Positions 9,438 through 19,406 of a stretch of 64,000 bases of DNA are shown here, one piece after another. The notes under the pieces were generated by a model, which saw only the letters and a program-made list of their open reading frames with translations, was not told the origin of the DNA and ran no database searches. This DNA is from a phage, in assembly GCA_019326865.1 (NCBI GenBank), contig GCA_019326865.1_4101.1; one strand, written 5' to 3'. Every line of letters begins with the position of its first letter. The stretch's first letter is position 1. A program made the position numbers and the translations under genes.

Positions 9438-9919
9438 TGAACCGAAAGTACAGAGAAACTATGAAGTTCGCTAAGGAGTGTTTAGAGACATTTGATTTCA
9501 TTTTCGATAACAAAGACTCACTTGGTCATTACTTCGTAATTACAAAAAAAGAAGATGAGAGATACAAGTGTCAAAGATTAGGATACAGTATTGAGTTATC
9601 CTTAATGAGTGATGGTATGATAAACTCCATATATGAATCTGGTAAGACAGATTACATTTCATTTAGATCATGGAGTGATAATATAATGTTCTTGAGTCCT
9701 AATGGAAGTAAATATCCATTCATTAATGATTTATCAGAAGAAAGTTACTTTCAAAACAGTTTAATTTATACAGAAAAAGAACTCAAAATGTTATTCATAA
9801 TGTCGTACTTTAAAAAGTACTGTAAATTTAAATCATTATCTTTTGAGATTTCTGCGATGAAAGTATTCATTAAAAATGTAAAAGAATTAAAGAGGGCTTT
9901 TAATGTACATAGAAAATGA
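9437..9919 (+). CDS. hypothetical protein, FamA
   Basis: ATG 9437 (TAATG overlap); 'SEESYFQNSLIYTEKELKMLFIMSYFK'. Confidence 0.65.
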   Translation: MNRKYRETMKFAKECLETFDFIFDNKDSLGHYFVITKKEDERYKCQRLGYSIELSLMSDGMINSIYESGKTDYISFRSWSDNIMFLSPNGSKYPFINDLSEESYFQNSLIYTEKELKMLFIMSYFKKYCKFKSLSFEISAMKVFIKNVKELKRAFNVHRK

Positions 9920-10445
9920 GAATGTAAAATGCATCACTGACATTTGTATAAAATTAATGAAAATTTTCATTAACCCAAAATACAAGACTCGTTCTTTACG
10001 TCATAATATTGATGAGCATTGTACCATTAATATCCTAGGTAGTATTCTTGATGTAAAATATGATGGTAAACTGTTATTCGGTATAAGAGAAGAGAAAATG
10101 GATGATGCATTCTTTTCTTGTAAAGATAAATTTGAACCTTCTGATTATAAAGTAATTATTCGTGATGATAGCATCTATATTAGTAGTGATTATTCAAATT
10201 ACTTCGATAAAATATACACTGAAAACGTTGATTACCATTATGAAATGCTAGATTTACCAGTAACAGACATTGATATGGAGAGAATCAAATTTTCATTATC
10301 AGATAATGAGTACTTAGGTATACAAACATATTATTCACTACAAGGAAAGATTCCACCTGCTATGTATATAAGGATTGAGATTGGTAATGTATTCAATGAT
10401 AAGGTTATATCAATTGCTGATAAAATATTGAGGGTTGAATTATGA
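9903..10445 (+). CDS. hypothetical protein
   Basis: 180 aa ORF in array, no clear FamA motif. Confidence 0.5.
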   Translation: MYIENENVKCITDICIKLMKIFINPKYKTRSLRHNIDEHCTINILGSILDVKYDGKLLFGIREEKMDDAFFSCKDKFEPSDYKVIIRDDSIYISSDYSNYFDKIYTENVDYHYEMLDLPVTDIDMERIKFSLSDNEYLGIQTYYSLQGKIPPAMYIRIEIGNVFNDKVISIADKILRVEL

Positions 10446-11005
10446 ATGGCCATGATTACCAATTCCATAGACTAGAATTTAGACACTGTGTTGCATATGC
10501 AAAAACATTAATGTGCATCATTGACACTCTTTCATCCGAACAATTTCGTAAGGATAATGATTTATTGCTGAAAAAAGGTCGTATAACATCATCCGATATC
10601 GGTATTGAACTATTTGTTGAAATCAGTGTTGATACCGGAGACAGTACAAGGGCTGGTTGTATAGGTCATATTGGCACACATTGTTTCACATGGAATCCAA
10701 ATACAAGTCAAGTTAGAATTGATTATAGAAATTCACGTTGGGTTGATCTTAGTACTGAATCAGATTTAGAATCAGTTATGTTCCAGCTAAGTTTAATTCA
10801 CGATCCTAATGAACTTCTTTATATTATTACTTTCAGTTATCTGTTACAAAACTACGATAGTCCATCAGGGTTTTTCATAGAATCAGATATAGATGAAATT
10901 ATGGAAGAGATTCCTAGTTTAAAGAATATTCTGGAAGAAAAAGATTTCTATAAGGACTTCAGAGATTTATACGACATGCACTTGGAGTTATTTAAGAATG
11001 GATAA
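10442..11005 (+). CDS. hypothetical protein, FamA
   Basis: 187 aa; 'LESVMFQLSLIHDPNELLYIITFSY'. Confidence 0.6.
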   Translation: MNGHDYQFHRLEFRHCVAYAKTLMCIIDTLSSEQFRKDNDLLLKKGRITSSDIGIELFVEISVDTGDSTRAGCIGHIGTHCFTWNPNTSQVRIDYRNSRWVDLSTESDLESVMFQLSLIHDPNELLYIITFSYLLQNYDSPSGFFIESDIDEIMEEIPSLKNILEEKDFYKDFRDLYDMHLELFKNG

Positions 11006-11516
11006 AGATGATATTCTAATTAGACTAGTTCAGAGTTTGATAAAGTTCGCAAATAATGATATCAATACATACAAAGTAGGTGATATTGAATTCAAATCAT
11101 TTGGTATGTACGGTGATGACGAAACATATTATGCTTCAATGAAATTTCAAGAATTTCACGAGATGTTAATATCGTTATCATACGAAGATGTTGACCCAAG
11201 ATGGAGTTCCAGTATTTCACTATCGAGAATGGTAATTCGTAGTAAGCATCGTTACATTTCGTCAAAGAATACTCCTAACTTGATTAATATTGTGTTGAAT
11301 GAAAATACAAACCCCCTATCTAAATATGATATCGTACCTTTAACCGATGAAGCAATTTTTCAATTGAGTACCATTTGTGATGAAGATGTGATATCATGTA
11401 TGAAAATTTATGAGAAAGTTGGGGGTGATATTCCCATGAACTATTACCTAACTATAGATGAAACGTATCTCCAAGATGATGTTCTGGCGTACATTGACAG
11501 TGTTTTACCAAAATAA
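10998..11516 (+). CDS. hypothetical protein, FamA
   Basis: 172 aa; 'TDEAIFQLSTICDEDV'; followed by terminator. Confidence 0.6.
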   Translation: MDKDDILIRLVQSLIKFANNDINTYKVGDIEFKSFGMYGDDETYYASMKFQEFHEMLISLSYEDVDPRWSSSISLSRMVIRSKHRYISSKNTPNLINIVLNENTNPLSKYDIVPLTDEAIFQLSTICDEDVISCMKIYEKVGGDIPMNYYLTIDETYLQDDVLAYIDSVLPK

Positions 11517-11540
11517 AGACCCGTTATGGGTCTTTTTGTG
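11516..11540 (+). terminator. rho-independent terminator
   Basis: GACCC-GTTAT-GGGTC hairpin then TTTTTGTGTTT. Confidence 0.7.
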
Positions 11541-11548
11541 TTTATGGC

Positions 11549-11577
11549 TTTACAAGAGCATTCAGGTGTGTTATACT
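11549..11577 (+). promoter_or_regulatory. T4-early-like promoter (TTTACA-17-TGTTATACT)
   Basis: between terminator 11516-11540 and CDS 11593. Confidence 0.45.
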
Positions 11578-11592
11578 TGATTTCAAATAGAG

Positions 11593-12168
11593 TTGGAGGA
11601 ATCTATGAGTACTGAATTAATTAAAGAAGTTACCTTACTTCTGAAGCATTGTTTTAAGTTCATTCCTGATACTGGTTCACGCCAGTACATTAAAGTTAAT
11701 GAGAAATATAACATCAATATCCTTGTATCTGAAACTGCGAGCAGCTATGCTAACATTGAGTTGGATTCTGAAGAAAAATATACAGTATTACAAATCATAG
11801 CAGATGTACAACGTAAACAAGATTATCGTTCTTCATTTGACAACGATTATCTGTGTGTTTGCTCAAACTTCAGTGAGAATAAAATTGTGTATAAGAATTT
11901 ATACACACATGAAGTGATTGATACATATAATTATAAAATTTCATCTGATGAATACAATGTGCTAATGTTCAACGCAAACCTTTTGTATGATGCCAGTACT
12001 GTACGCTGTTTAGAGTTAGCATATAAAATTCCAAAGATCATGGAAAGAAAAGATTTGATTCACTTTAAAACTATTTTAAAATACAGTACAAAAGAATTAG
12101 AAGATTTAGTACAGGCTCTTAAGAATTTCATTAATGAACATGTACCTGTTAAATTAGAGGACTTATAA
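11593..12168 (+). CDS. hypothetical protein
   Basis: 191 aa; GGAGG RBS; promoter-like element upstream. Confidence 0.55.
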   Translation: MEESMSTELIKEVTLLLKHCFKFIPDTGSRQYIKVNEKYNINILVSETASSYANIELDSEEKYTVLQIIADVQRKQDYRSSFDNDYLCVCSNFSENKIVYKNLYTHEVIDTYNYKISSDEYNVLMFNANLLYDASTVRCLELAYKIPKIMERKDLIHFKTILKYSTKELEDLVQALKNFINEHVPVKLEDL

Positions 12169-12752
12169 TGCAAGTTGAACACATTCAAATTATGAAATTG
12201 ATGCATGACATTGCGGAACTATCTGATAAGTACGATATTACTGTTCATGAGCCTATTGGAAATTATCGACTTAAAATTGAAAACAAATCACCACATCGTT
12301 TTGGTTCTGTAACTCTTGAATATTATAAAGTTTACGGTTATGAAACGGCAAAAAAAGGTTTCTGGGATACTATGGCAATGTATATCCGTACATCAAGACG
12401 TAGAGAACAAATCGGTTCAATCACGCCACATATGATATTTGTCAATGCTGTACACAGTGATATTAATCGAATTGTTGAATCTAATTTTGGTGACGTTGAG
12501 AACGATACATATTTAGAAATTCCACCAGAACTAGATCAATGTGAAGACATTCGTGAAGCATACATTTTCCAGAGATCATTACTTGACAACTTCAATGAGT
12601 TTGAGTACTTGATGCTTTGCTATGAAACTGCAAAAGCTATTAAGACTGGTGAATTGGTAATGTATAATAATTTCATTAACTGCAAATCCGATACACTTAA
12701 AGAGTTACACACTGCCATAAAAAACATCAAGGATACATATGAACGCTTATAG
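12168..12752 (+). CDS. hypothetical protein, FamA-like
   Basis: 194 aa; 'REAYIFQRSLLDN'. Confidence 0.55.
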   Translation: MQVEHIQIMKLMHDIAELSDKYDITVHEPIGNYRLKIENKSPHRFGSVTLEYYKVYGYETAKKGFWDTMAMYIRTSRRREQIGSITPHMIFVNAVHSDINRIVESNFGDVENDTYLEIPPELDQCEDIREAYIFQRSLLDNFNEFEYLMLCYETAKAIKTGELVMYNNFINCKSDTLKELHTAIKNIKDTYERL

Positions 12753-13317
12753 TTACATGACAGAACGTCATCAGATATTATATGATATCAGTACTAAAAT
12801 GTTATCAATTGTTAGTAGTGCGAAAGAAATTGAAAAACAATACCTCATCCGTGATGTAGCAATTTCATCTAAATGTTGGTCCAATGAATATTACGATCAT
12901 GGTATTCTTACTATTTCTGGGGCTAGAAATATTTGTATTGTAAAAAATAAGAAAAAATGCAATGAAGAGTGTGAGATTAGAACCGATATACAAATTAAGG
13001 ATGATGGAAGTTTTTCACACCACCCATTCCATATTAGTACTGTTGGTGTTTTATATAATATTAAAGTACTATTCGGTGATGAAGAGTATGTGTTAAAAGC
13101 TATCAATCCAGAATCAAGTACAGTTGAAGAAGAACTGTTCCAGATGAGCACGGTTATACCTGAAGAGGTTCTTAGTACTGTTATTTTTTGTAGTTTAATT
13201 TATCATGAATACAAAAAGAACCAGTTCGATTTCCACATGTTAGGAACGTACATCTTCAATAATTTGAGCGTAGATCGTTTAAAAGCATTAAATTCAGCGA
13301 TGGATAAGGTTCTATAA
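12739..13317 (+). CDS. hypothetical protein, FamA
   Basis: 192 aa; 'VEEELFQMSTVIPEEVL'. Confidence 0.6.
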   Translation: MNAYSYMTERHQILYDISTKMLSIVSSAKEIEKQYLIRDVAISSKCWSNEYYDHGILTISGARNICIVKNKKKCNEECEIRTDIQIKDDGSFSHHPFHISTVGVLYNIKVLFGDEEYVLKAINPESSTVEEELFQMSTVIPEEVLSTVIFCSLIYHEYKKNQFDFHMLGTYIFNNLSVDRLKALNSAMDKVL

Positions 13318-13745
13318 TGACAAGAGATGATTGTTTGTACATATGGGATGTAGTTGAAAATACACTTTCAAATCCAGAAAATTATAAAACACAAAAAAGA
13401 CAGCGACACAAAACATGGATAGATTTGTTCGTTGAGGACATACATGCAGTGACTATTTGGGATTCACCGAGGGCATCAGCATCTACTCTATTGGACAATG
13501 AATGCATTGATTGCATTAATTCCACTTTTCATCTACACGGTTCTACAATTTTTGGTACATTTCTGGATATTGAAAATAAAGATGATATTGATTCACTTGC
13601 GTTACAATATCAAGTACTGTATAATACTAAATTAATTTACGATTTAGTACTAGCTTCTTATGTGTATAAATTAATGATGAAATATAATCACATTTCAGTA
13701 TCAGTTTATACCAAGGATATTCTTTCATTAAGAGACAAAACATGA
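13317..13745 (+). CDS. hypothetical protein
   Basis: 142 aa ORF, ATGA-type junctions. Confidence 0.5.
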   Translation: MTRDDCLYIWDVVENTLSNPENYKTQKRQRHKTWIDLFVEDIHAVTIWDSPRASASTLLDNECIDCINSTFHLHGSTIFGTFLDIENKDDIDSLALQYQVLYNTKLIYDLVLASYVYKLMMKYNHISVSVYTKDILSLRDKT

Positions 13746-14251
13746 GTTTATTAAATGCACGAGAATTAGTTGAGATGTATGAGATCTTATCTTCATATAA
13801 AAATTCCCCAAAAGATGTAATTCTCAACAAAAAGTTCCATGTCAATGTTGATCATATGAAAAATATAGATATGATTTCTTTAGTGGAAAGTAGTAAATCG
13901 GGTCTTGAGCGTGATATCATGCGTTTGATTTATATTACCAAACCATCATATACTAATGATAGTTCAATTAGTAATGAGACATTTTTGTACACTCCTTATA
14001 CTGATTGTACTTTAGTTTCAGTGTCTAATCAGAAACAAGATACTATCCAATTCATCAATACCAGTACTGATAACATTGAAGAAAATGAATTCCAAAACAA
14101 TACATTAAGTTCATGTAGTAGTGTTATAACCTTTATGTCATATCTGTGGTCAATAAAATCAAATGCAATTGTATATAGTTCTAATTACACACAAGATAGT
14201 ATTGTTGAATCATATAAAGCTCTGAAGGAATACTATGAAAATAACAAATGA
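13742..14251 (+). CDS. hypothetical protein, FamA-like
   Basis: 169 aa; 'MSLLNARELVEMYE', 'IEENEFQNNTLSS'. Confidence 0.55.
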   Translation: MSLLNARELVEMYEILSSYKNSPKDVILNKKFHVNVDHMKNIDMISLVESSKSGLERDIMRLIYITKPSYTNDSSISNETFLYTPYTDCTLVSVSNQKQDTIQFINTSTDNIEENEFQNNTLSSCSSVITFMSYLWSIKSNAIVYSSNYTQDSIVESYKALKEYYENNK

Positions 14252-14816
14252 TTTTTTTAAATGTTTAGTACACCCTATGCTGAGTGTTATGAAAAAATTA
14301 CAGAATCTACCGGAAGACAACGATTACAAGTTTAATCGTTTTGATTCAGATGTATTTTGTATTGAAATTGAAATGAATAATAATCGTAATTTGCATTTAA
14401 AATTCAAAGAATCGTCAAGTCCGTATTACAACTTTGATATGAATTTTAAAATAGATACTGACATTGAAGAAAACGTAATATCAAATCATACTAGCAAAAA
14501 TGGTTTTAAGCATAGAACTACTATGTACAATAATAAAAATAGTATTATATCTAAATGGTTTCACCAATTCACCAAAATTGGTGAAATTGAATATAGTGAT
14601 TTTGGTGAAGAGCAATACTTTCAGTTGAGTACAATTCATGAACTTCCACCATATGATTATGTTAAAACATGGTTTGATATTCATAATATAATTGATGATG
14701 CAATCAAACTTCCATTTGGGGTATCAATATCATATACTGCTCCTAAAACATTTGTTTTTACGGAAGATATGATTATGAAAAAGATATGGGCAATTATCCC
14801 ACTTATGATGGATTAA
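14235..14816 (+). CDS. hypothetical protein, FamA
   Basis: 193 aa; 'GEEQYFQLSTIHELPPYDY'; terminator downstream. Confidence 0.6.
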   Translation: MKITNDFFKCLVHPMLSVMKKLQNLPEDNDYKFNRFDSDVFCIEIEMNNNRNLHLKFKESSSPYYNFDMNFKIDTDIEENVISNHTSKNGFKHRTTMYNNKNSIISKWFHQFTKIGEIEYSDFGEEQYFQLSTIHELPPYDYVKTWFDIHNIIDDAIKLPFGVSISYTAPKTFVFTEDMIMKKIWAIIPLMMD

Positions 14817-14820
14817 ATTT

Positions 14821-14848
14821 ATACCAGGGGTTGACTCTGGTATTTTTG
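14821..14848 (+). terminator. rho-independent terminator
   Basis: ATACCAG...CTGGTAT stem, 9-nt loop, TTTT. Confidence 0.55.
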
Positions 14849-14877
14849 TATGATACATTATCCTAAAGGAGAATTTT

Positions 14878-15429
14878 ATGAACTACAATCATGATCTTTT
14901 TACATTATGTGCATCAAAATGTGTTGATGGTTGGGCAGATAAAATCAATACCATAATTCATCGATATCTCGTCTTTAGTTCCCGTGCACGAAGTGAGGGG
15001 GCTATGGATTTCAAATATACACTATCTATTGATGGTGTAACTATCCATGCAGACGAAGAACGTCTGAGCATTAATTTGTATGATTCCTGTGTATTTGCTA
15101 TTCACCAAAAGATGGGGAAAGGATGGGGTTGTAATAACATTAACTCCAAAGCTATCTTTTGGGTTGGTCACCATCAGACAGTACTTGATCCTTCAATTAA
15201 ATCTAATCTTTTATCCGATAATATGGTTTATGATTTATTGTACTCCGAAGAACAACATTTTCAATTAAGTACATTGCATGATCTGGCACAGTACGAGGAT
15301 TGTTACAAAACATTAGAACTATGCCATTCCCTTGAACTCAAAGATAAATTGATACAAGTTTACCCTTCATTCTTTCATGAAGAAGTACAATGCACACTAG
15401 AACATATTTTATATGGGTACGACAAATGA
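14878..15429 (+). CDS. hypothetical protein, FamA
   Basis: 183 aa; AGGAG RBS; 'SEEQHFQLSTLHDLAQYED'. Confidence 0.6.
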   Translation: MNYNHDLFTLCASKCVDGWADKINTIIHRYLVFSSRARSEGAMDFKYTLSIDGVTIHADEERLSINLYDSCVFAIHQKMGKGWGCNNINSKAIFWVGHHQTVLDPSIKSNLLSDNMVYDLLYSEEQHFQLSTLHDLAQYEDCYKTLELCHSLELKDKLIQVYPSFFHEEVQCTLEHILYGYDK

Positions 15430-16028
15430 GAAAAAGTTATCAAAAAACTATTGACCTAATTAGAGAAGTTATTAAAGTGGCTCCTGGTGCGATAGCATTC
15501 AAGAAGTCCCTATATAAAAAGTATGGCTCCATGTCAAATATGTGTTGTCAAAAGAAACGTAGTAAATTCACTACGCAGTACTGGCATGATTCTATTATTC
15601 TTAGTAATGAACATCATCGTATTTTAACAATCGAATCAGTAGATAATCAATATGGTGAAGGAATGATTTGTGTACCTGATTATGATGAAATTAACTTCAA
15701 CTGCGGTGATTTTGAAACAACATTATTACTTCACGAGGGTTATCCAGAAGGTGATGTATTAGCTGAGTACAATCCAAAAACTAAAATTCTCAAAAGAGGA
15801 ATCCAGTTCACTATTAATAACAAAGATGATGTTGAAGCAGCACTAATGCAACTGAGTACAAGTGAACCTATTACTATTAGTGTAGAAGAGTTATGGGGAA
15901 TTATTTCAGTACTTAATGAGTGCTACAAAGTAAAATCATTACGTAATCACACCCTTATATTGCATACTAATATAGCACATATAAAATGTAAGCACATTCA
16001 AGAAATGGCGGTTCCAGATGGACTTTAA
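15426..16028 (+). CDS. hypothetical protein
   Basis: ATGA overlap start at 15426; weak motif 'AALMQLSTSEP'. Confidence 0.5.
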   Translation: MRKSYQKTIDLIREVIKVAPGAIAFKKSLYKKYGSMSNMCCQKKRSKFTTQYWHDSIILSNEHHRILTIESVDNQYGEGMICVPDYDEINFNCGDFETTLLLHEGYPEGDVLAEYNPKTKILKRGIQFTINNKDDVEAALMQLSTSEPITISVEELWGIISVLNECYKVKSLRNHTLILHTNIAHIKCKHIQEMAVPDGL

Positions 16029-16611
16029 AGAAATTGAAAGTAAATTAAAGTACTTCAAAGATATCAAACTTCTTTGGGAAAAGTATAAAATTGATTACAA
16101 ATTCAGTGATGATGAGACAATAAAATCCATTGATATTAATATCAAAATCAAGTTCAAGAATAATAATTATGGTGAAGTAAGCTTAAATCATACTGGTGTA
16201 TCACTCAGGGACTATGATGGTTCAACACTCGCATATTTCGACTTCATTCCAGAACCAGGTGAAACACTACTTAGTGAGATAAATTCCTATGATATGGAAA
16301 TATTCGGCGGGAATCCGTTACTGTTCCGACTGTCCGAAGAGTGGAGTGAAGAATACTACACTTACAAAGATGGTGTAGTACTTGACATTCATGGAGAAGT
16401 TGTGAATGACTTGGAAGAACGTTTGTTCCAAGAATTGTGTGTTTCAAATACTTCATATGCATACAATCATATCCTTGACATGTTTGATTTATATAGTAAA
16501 ATAGATGCTGAAATGAATGCACATGGTATTCATTACCTTACAATTAACGACTATGCACAACTCGAAACCGCTGTGACAGCATTGTCTAAAGTACTGAAAA
16601 TAGGAACGTAA
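16018..16611 (+). CDS. hypothetical protein, FamA-like
   Basis: 197 aa; 'EERLFQELCVSN'. Confidence 0.5.
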   Translation: MDFKEIESKLKYFKDIKLLWEKYKIDYKFSDDETIKSIDINIKIKFKNNNYGEVSLNHTGVSLRDYDGSTLAYFDFIPEPGETLLSEINSYDMEIFGGNPLLFRLSEEWSEEYYTYKDGVVLDIHGEVVNDLEERLFQELCVSNTSYAYNHILDMFDLYSKIDAEMNAHGIHYLTINDYAQLETAVTALSKVLKIGT

Positions 16612-16612
16612 T

Positions 16613-17026
16613 ATGAAACTGTACCATGCGAGTACTGTAAAAATTGATAACTTTTATATCCCGTATGGTGGTCTACATATGGGAGGCAAACACAGTGCTT
16701 TGGAAGCTGCATTACGCAAGCTGAGAAGCCCACTGAACGTCGTAGACGCATGTACAGTATACTTGCATACCTTAGAAGTTGATGTTGATAACGTGCTTCT
16801 GTGTGAAGATTTAGGCAGTGATGATGAGTGGCGTTCACTTATTGAGAATTGCACTGTTCAAGGATATGATGCTGTTCAGTACAAAAATGATTACGAGCCA
16901 GACAATGTTCCTAGTTATATGATTTGGGATGCATCTAAAGTTCGTATAGTTGAAGTTGATGCTATGCATATGGATGATGCTGAAATGATTATCGAAGATT
17001 TTCTTGATGAATATGAAGGTGTATAA
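16613..17026 (+). CDS. hypothetical protein (locally GC-richer)
   Basis: 137 aa ORF; composition visibly GC-richer than neighbours. Confidence 0.5.
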   Translation: MKLYHASTVKIDNFYIPYGGLHMGGKHSALEAALRKLRSPLNVVDACTVYLHTLEVDVDNVLLCEDLGSDDEWRSLIENCTVQGYDAVQYKNDYEPDNVPSYMIWDASKVRIVEVDAMHMDDAEMIIEDFLDEYEGV

Positions 17027-17562
17027 TGTCTGACCCGATGGTAGCACTGGCACGTACTAAATTACTATTAAAGATTGGTGAGATATTCACAGATCTTCTG
17101 TGCAATAAAATTGATATTACCGATCTAGATATTAAGCAACCGTGGGAAGTGACTATGTTCTCGGCGTTCCACCGATTGTCATATAAAGGTGAAAGTGTTC
17201 TTGATTTTAACCCCAAAGCAAAATTCATAGATTATGCCGCGTTGTACCGAGCGTTGCACAAAAATAGTTATTCAGGTTGTATAACCAATAACTTTGAACG
17301 AATTCAAGTTCAAACAGCATCACATGAGTTCAATGATTTACTCTATCCAGAATTTAATCTAACTGAAGAATTACTATTTCAGTACTCGTTAATTCTTACA
17401 AATCTCGAAACGCTAGAGTACTACAAAGAGTTAGTAGATATTTTTATGAATACACGACTTTCAAAAGATATTGTGATATTCTGGTATACAGAGCATATTA
17501 CAGAGGAATTGCTTAATGAATTTCTTCTAAATATGACAGCTATAAAGGAGAAGTTATGTTAG
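17026..17562 (+). CDS. hypothetical protein, FamA
   Basis: 178 aa; 'TEELLFQYSLILTN'. Confidence 0.55.
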   Translation: MSDPMVALARTKLLLKIGEIFTDLLCNKIDITDLDIKQPWEVTMFSAFHRLSYKGESVLDFNPKAKFIDYAALYRALHKNSYSGCITNNFERIQVQTASHEFNDLLYPEFNLTEELLFQYSLILTNLETLEYYKELVDIFMNTRLSKDIVIFWYTEHITEELLNEFLLNMTAIKEKLC

Positions 17563-18029
17563 ATATTTTAGGAAACATCGATACTGCAAATTATTTTATC
17601 CAAGACGCACTATTTAATACACTACAAAAAGGTTTAGAAGTTCGTTACAACGTATATCAAGGTGATGGATATTTTGTTGATATTCTAGAAACACGTAAAA
17701 ATACATTTAATGTTAACATTACGACGTTTGGAAGACAGAACATTGCACGAATTTTAGTAAGTAAAGATGAAATAGTACTGAGATACAGTGCTAAGTTTAT
17801 GTTGACGTACAAGAAAAAAACAGACATGTTCAGTACTAATTTATTTGATGAACCATTTGACCTTGTAGATATTGAAGCTACTTTCTTTACTCAAAGTACT
17901 ATGGTAAAATACACTGATGTTCAATTTTCATCAGACGTTATGTCTGAAACATTACAAATGATCAAGGTATTATTTTATGCATTTGAGCAATTCAGAGAAG
18001 AAAGAAACAAGGTTAACAACCACAGATGA
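17556..18029 (+). CDS. hypothetical protein
   Basis: 157 aa; degenerate motif 'ATFFTQSTMV'. Confidence 0.5.
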   Translation: MLDILGNIDTANYFIQDALFNTLQKGLEVRYNVYQGDGYFVDILETRKNTFNVNITTFGRQNIARILVSKDEIVLRYSAKFMLTYKKKTDMFSTNLFDEPFDLVDIEATFFTQSTMVKYTDVQFSSDVMSETLQMIKVLFYAFEQFREERNKVNNHR

Positions 18030-18390
18030 ACTAATAGAGGCGATCACTAAGGAGTCAAAATACCACAAAGGGATTCGTCTATATTTTATAGATCTTGGTT
18101 CAATGGACGGCATATACATTTATGGTTCACAATCTTTATCTTATGATGTAATGCCAAAAAAATATGTAAAAATCTTTTTAGGGTCAAATAAGAAAACTTT
18201 CTTGACAATTAATGATAAAAACGTTATTATGAATTCTTTGGGTCATGATAAAGTGAAAATTGATCTAAACACGCTGGATGATATTGATTTTTTTCAATAC
18301 GAATGTTTAGGTGTTGACTTACATGGAATCAGTAGTGATATGATAAAATCATTAATCAAATATTTCGAAGGCGTTCATAAATGTATCTAA
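17977..18390 (+). CDS. hypothetical protein
   Basis: 137 aa; 'DIDFFQYECLG'; 53 nt overlap, start uncertain. Confidence 0.45.
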   Translation: MHLSNSEKKETRLTTTDELIEAITKESKYHKGIRLYFIDLGSMDGIYIYGSQSLSYDVMPKKYVKIFLGSNKKTFLTINDKNVIMNSLGHDKVKIDLNTLDDIDFFQYECLGVDLHGISSDMIKSLIKYFEGVHKCI

Positions 18391-18887
18391 CTAAATCGAT
18401 GAAAAATTCATTTGATAAAATCAAGAGTTGTCTTGATGGAGAGAATATTACAAGTGTTACACAATCTGCTGACCAAATTCAATGCAGTTCAAGTGATTGT
18501 ACTGTTATTTTGGGTTTACATAGTCTGCGTTTGTCAATAGTAAATAATATTGACAACACTGCTATTGTAATCACACCGTGCAATATTCAAAATGAGAATG
18601 GTGTATATCTTCATCACATGGGAACCGCATTTTATATTTTCAATACAAACAATACACTCGAAACAATCGTTAAGGAATATAATACACTTAACATTGATCC
18701 TGGTGAGTTATTTCAGATGAGTACGTTGTATTCATGTGATTTTACTGATACCTCACGTATTTTACCATTTTTCTTGGAAATTTTAAAGAAAATGGATAAT
18801 TTAAATCGTCAATACAATAAAAAAATGGTTCCAGAAGCTATATTAAATATTACTGATGCTATGGAAAAATATAAAGCAGTGCCTTAA
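18381..18887 (+). CDS. hypothetical protein, FamA
   Basis: 168 aa; 'DPGELFQMSTLYS'. Confidence 0.55.
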   Translation: MYLTKSMKNSFDKIKSCLDGENITSVTQSADQIQCSSSDCTVILGLHSLRLSIVNNIDNTAIVITPCNIQNENGVYLHHMGTAFYIFNTNNTLETIVKEYNTLNIDPGELFQMSTLYSCDFTDTSRILPFFLEILKKMDNLNRQYNKKMVPEAILNITDAMEKYKAVP

Positions 18888-18930
18888 TAAAAAACGCACA
18901 TGGAGTGCATATGAAGATCAAGGATAGATC

Positions 18931-19404
18931 ATGGAGATTAAAACTGTTGAAAATGGGAAAATTGATGACATTTTAGACTTGGACGCATTCAAAGTTCATG
19001 ATATAATGTTTAATGTGAAGGACATTATTCAATGTCTGTTTTTATGCAGCAAGACTATGCATGATTTTTTTCACAACCCGAATACTAATGTTTTTATACT
19101 TACAATCAGTACTGAAAACTCGTTTATCATGGGTATGCCCATGAGTACAAATGAACAGTATATTGATTGTGTTATTCGCAATAATGATTGTATTACCCCA
19201 CAATCTGAAGTTCGCAAAAAGAAAAACACTTACACAATCAAAGATGATAAAATCATGATGTGTTGCAGTAAAGGATTTATATTGGACAATTTCATCGTCA
19301 AAGATAGTTATCATGACTTTAAAATTTCCGAAAATCAATCCAATGTAGTTCTTTATGCTAGTGATATCGAAAGTTTAACAGTCAAAGATCCTAGTTTGGA
19401 GTAA
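18931..19404 (+). CDS. hypothetical protein
   Basis: 157 aa ORF. Confidence 0.5.
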   Translation: MEIKTVENGKIDDILDLDAFKVHDIMFNVKDIIQCLFLCSKTMHDFFHNPNTNVFILTISTENSFIMGMPMSTNEQYIDCVIRNNDCITPQSEVRKKKNTYTIKDDKIMMCCSKGFILDNFIVKDSYHDFKISENQSNVVLYASDIESLTVKDPSLE

Positions 19405-19406
19405 GT

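Noticed and set aside
28-19404. Possibility that the tandem repeats form a CRISPR array or other non-coding repeat array
   Set aside because: The units are 300-600 bp intact ORFs with RBSs and conserved protein motifs, not short direct repeats separated by unique spacers.
28-19404. Reading the conserved E-x-x-Y-F-Q-x-S motif as a TEV-like protease cleavage site
   Set aside because: Resemblance to the E-x-x-Y-x-Q-(S/G) potyviral site is partial (P1' is variable, Ser is at P2'), and there is no sequence evidence of processing; noted only as a testable idea.
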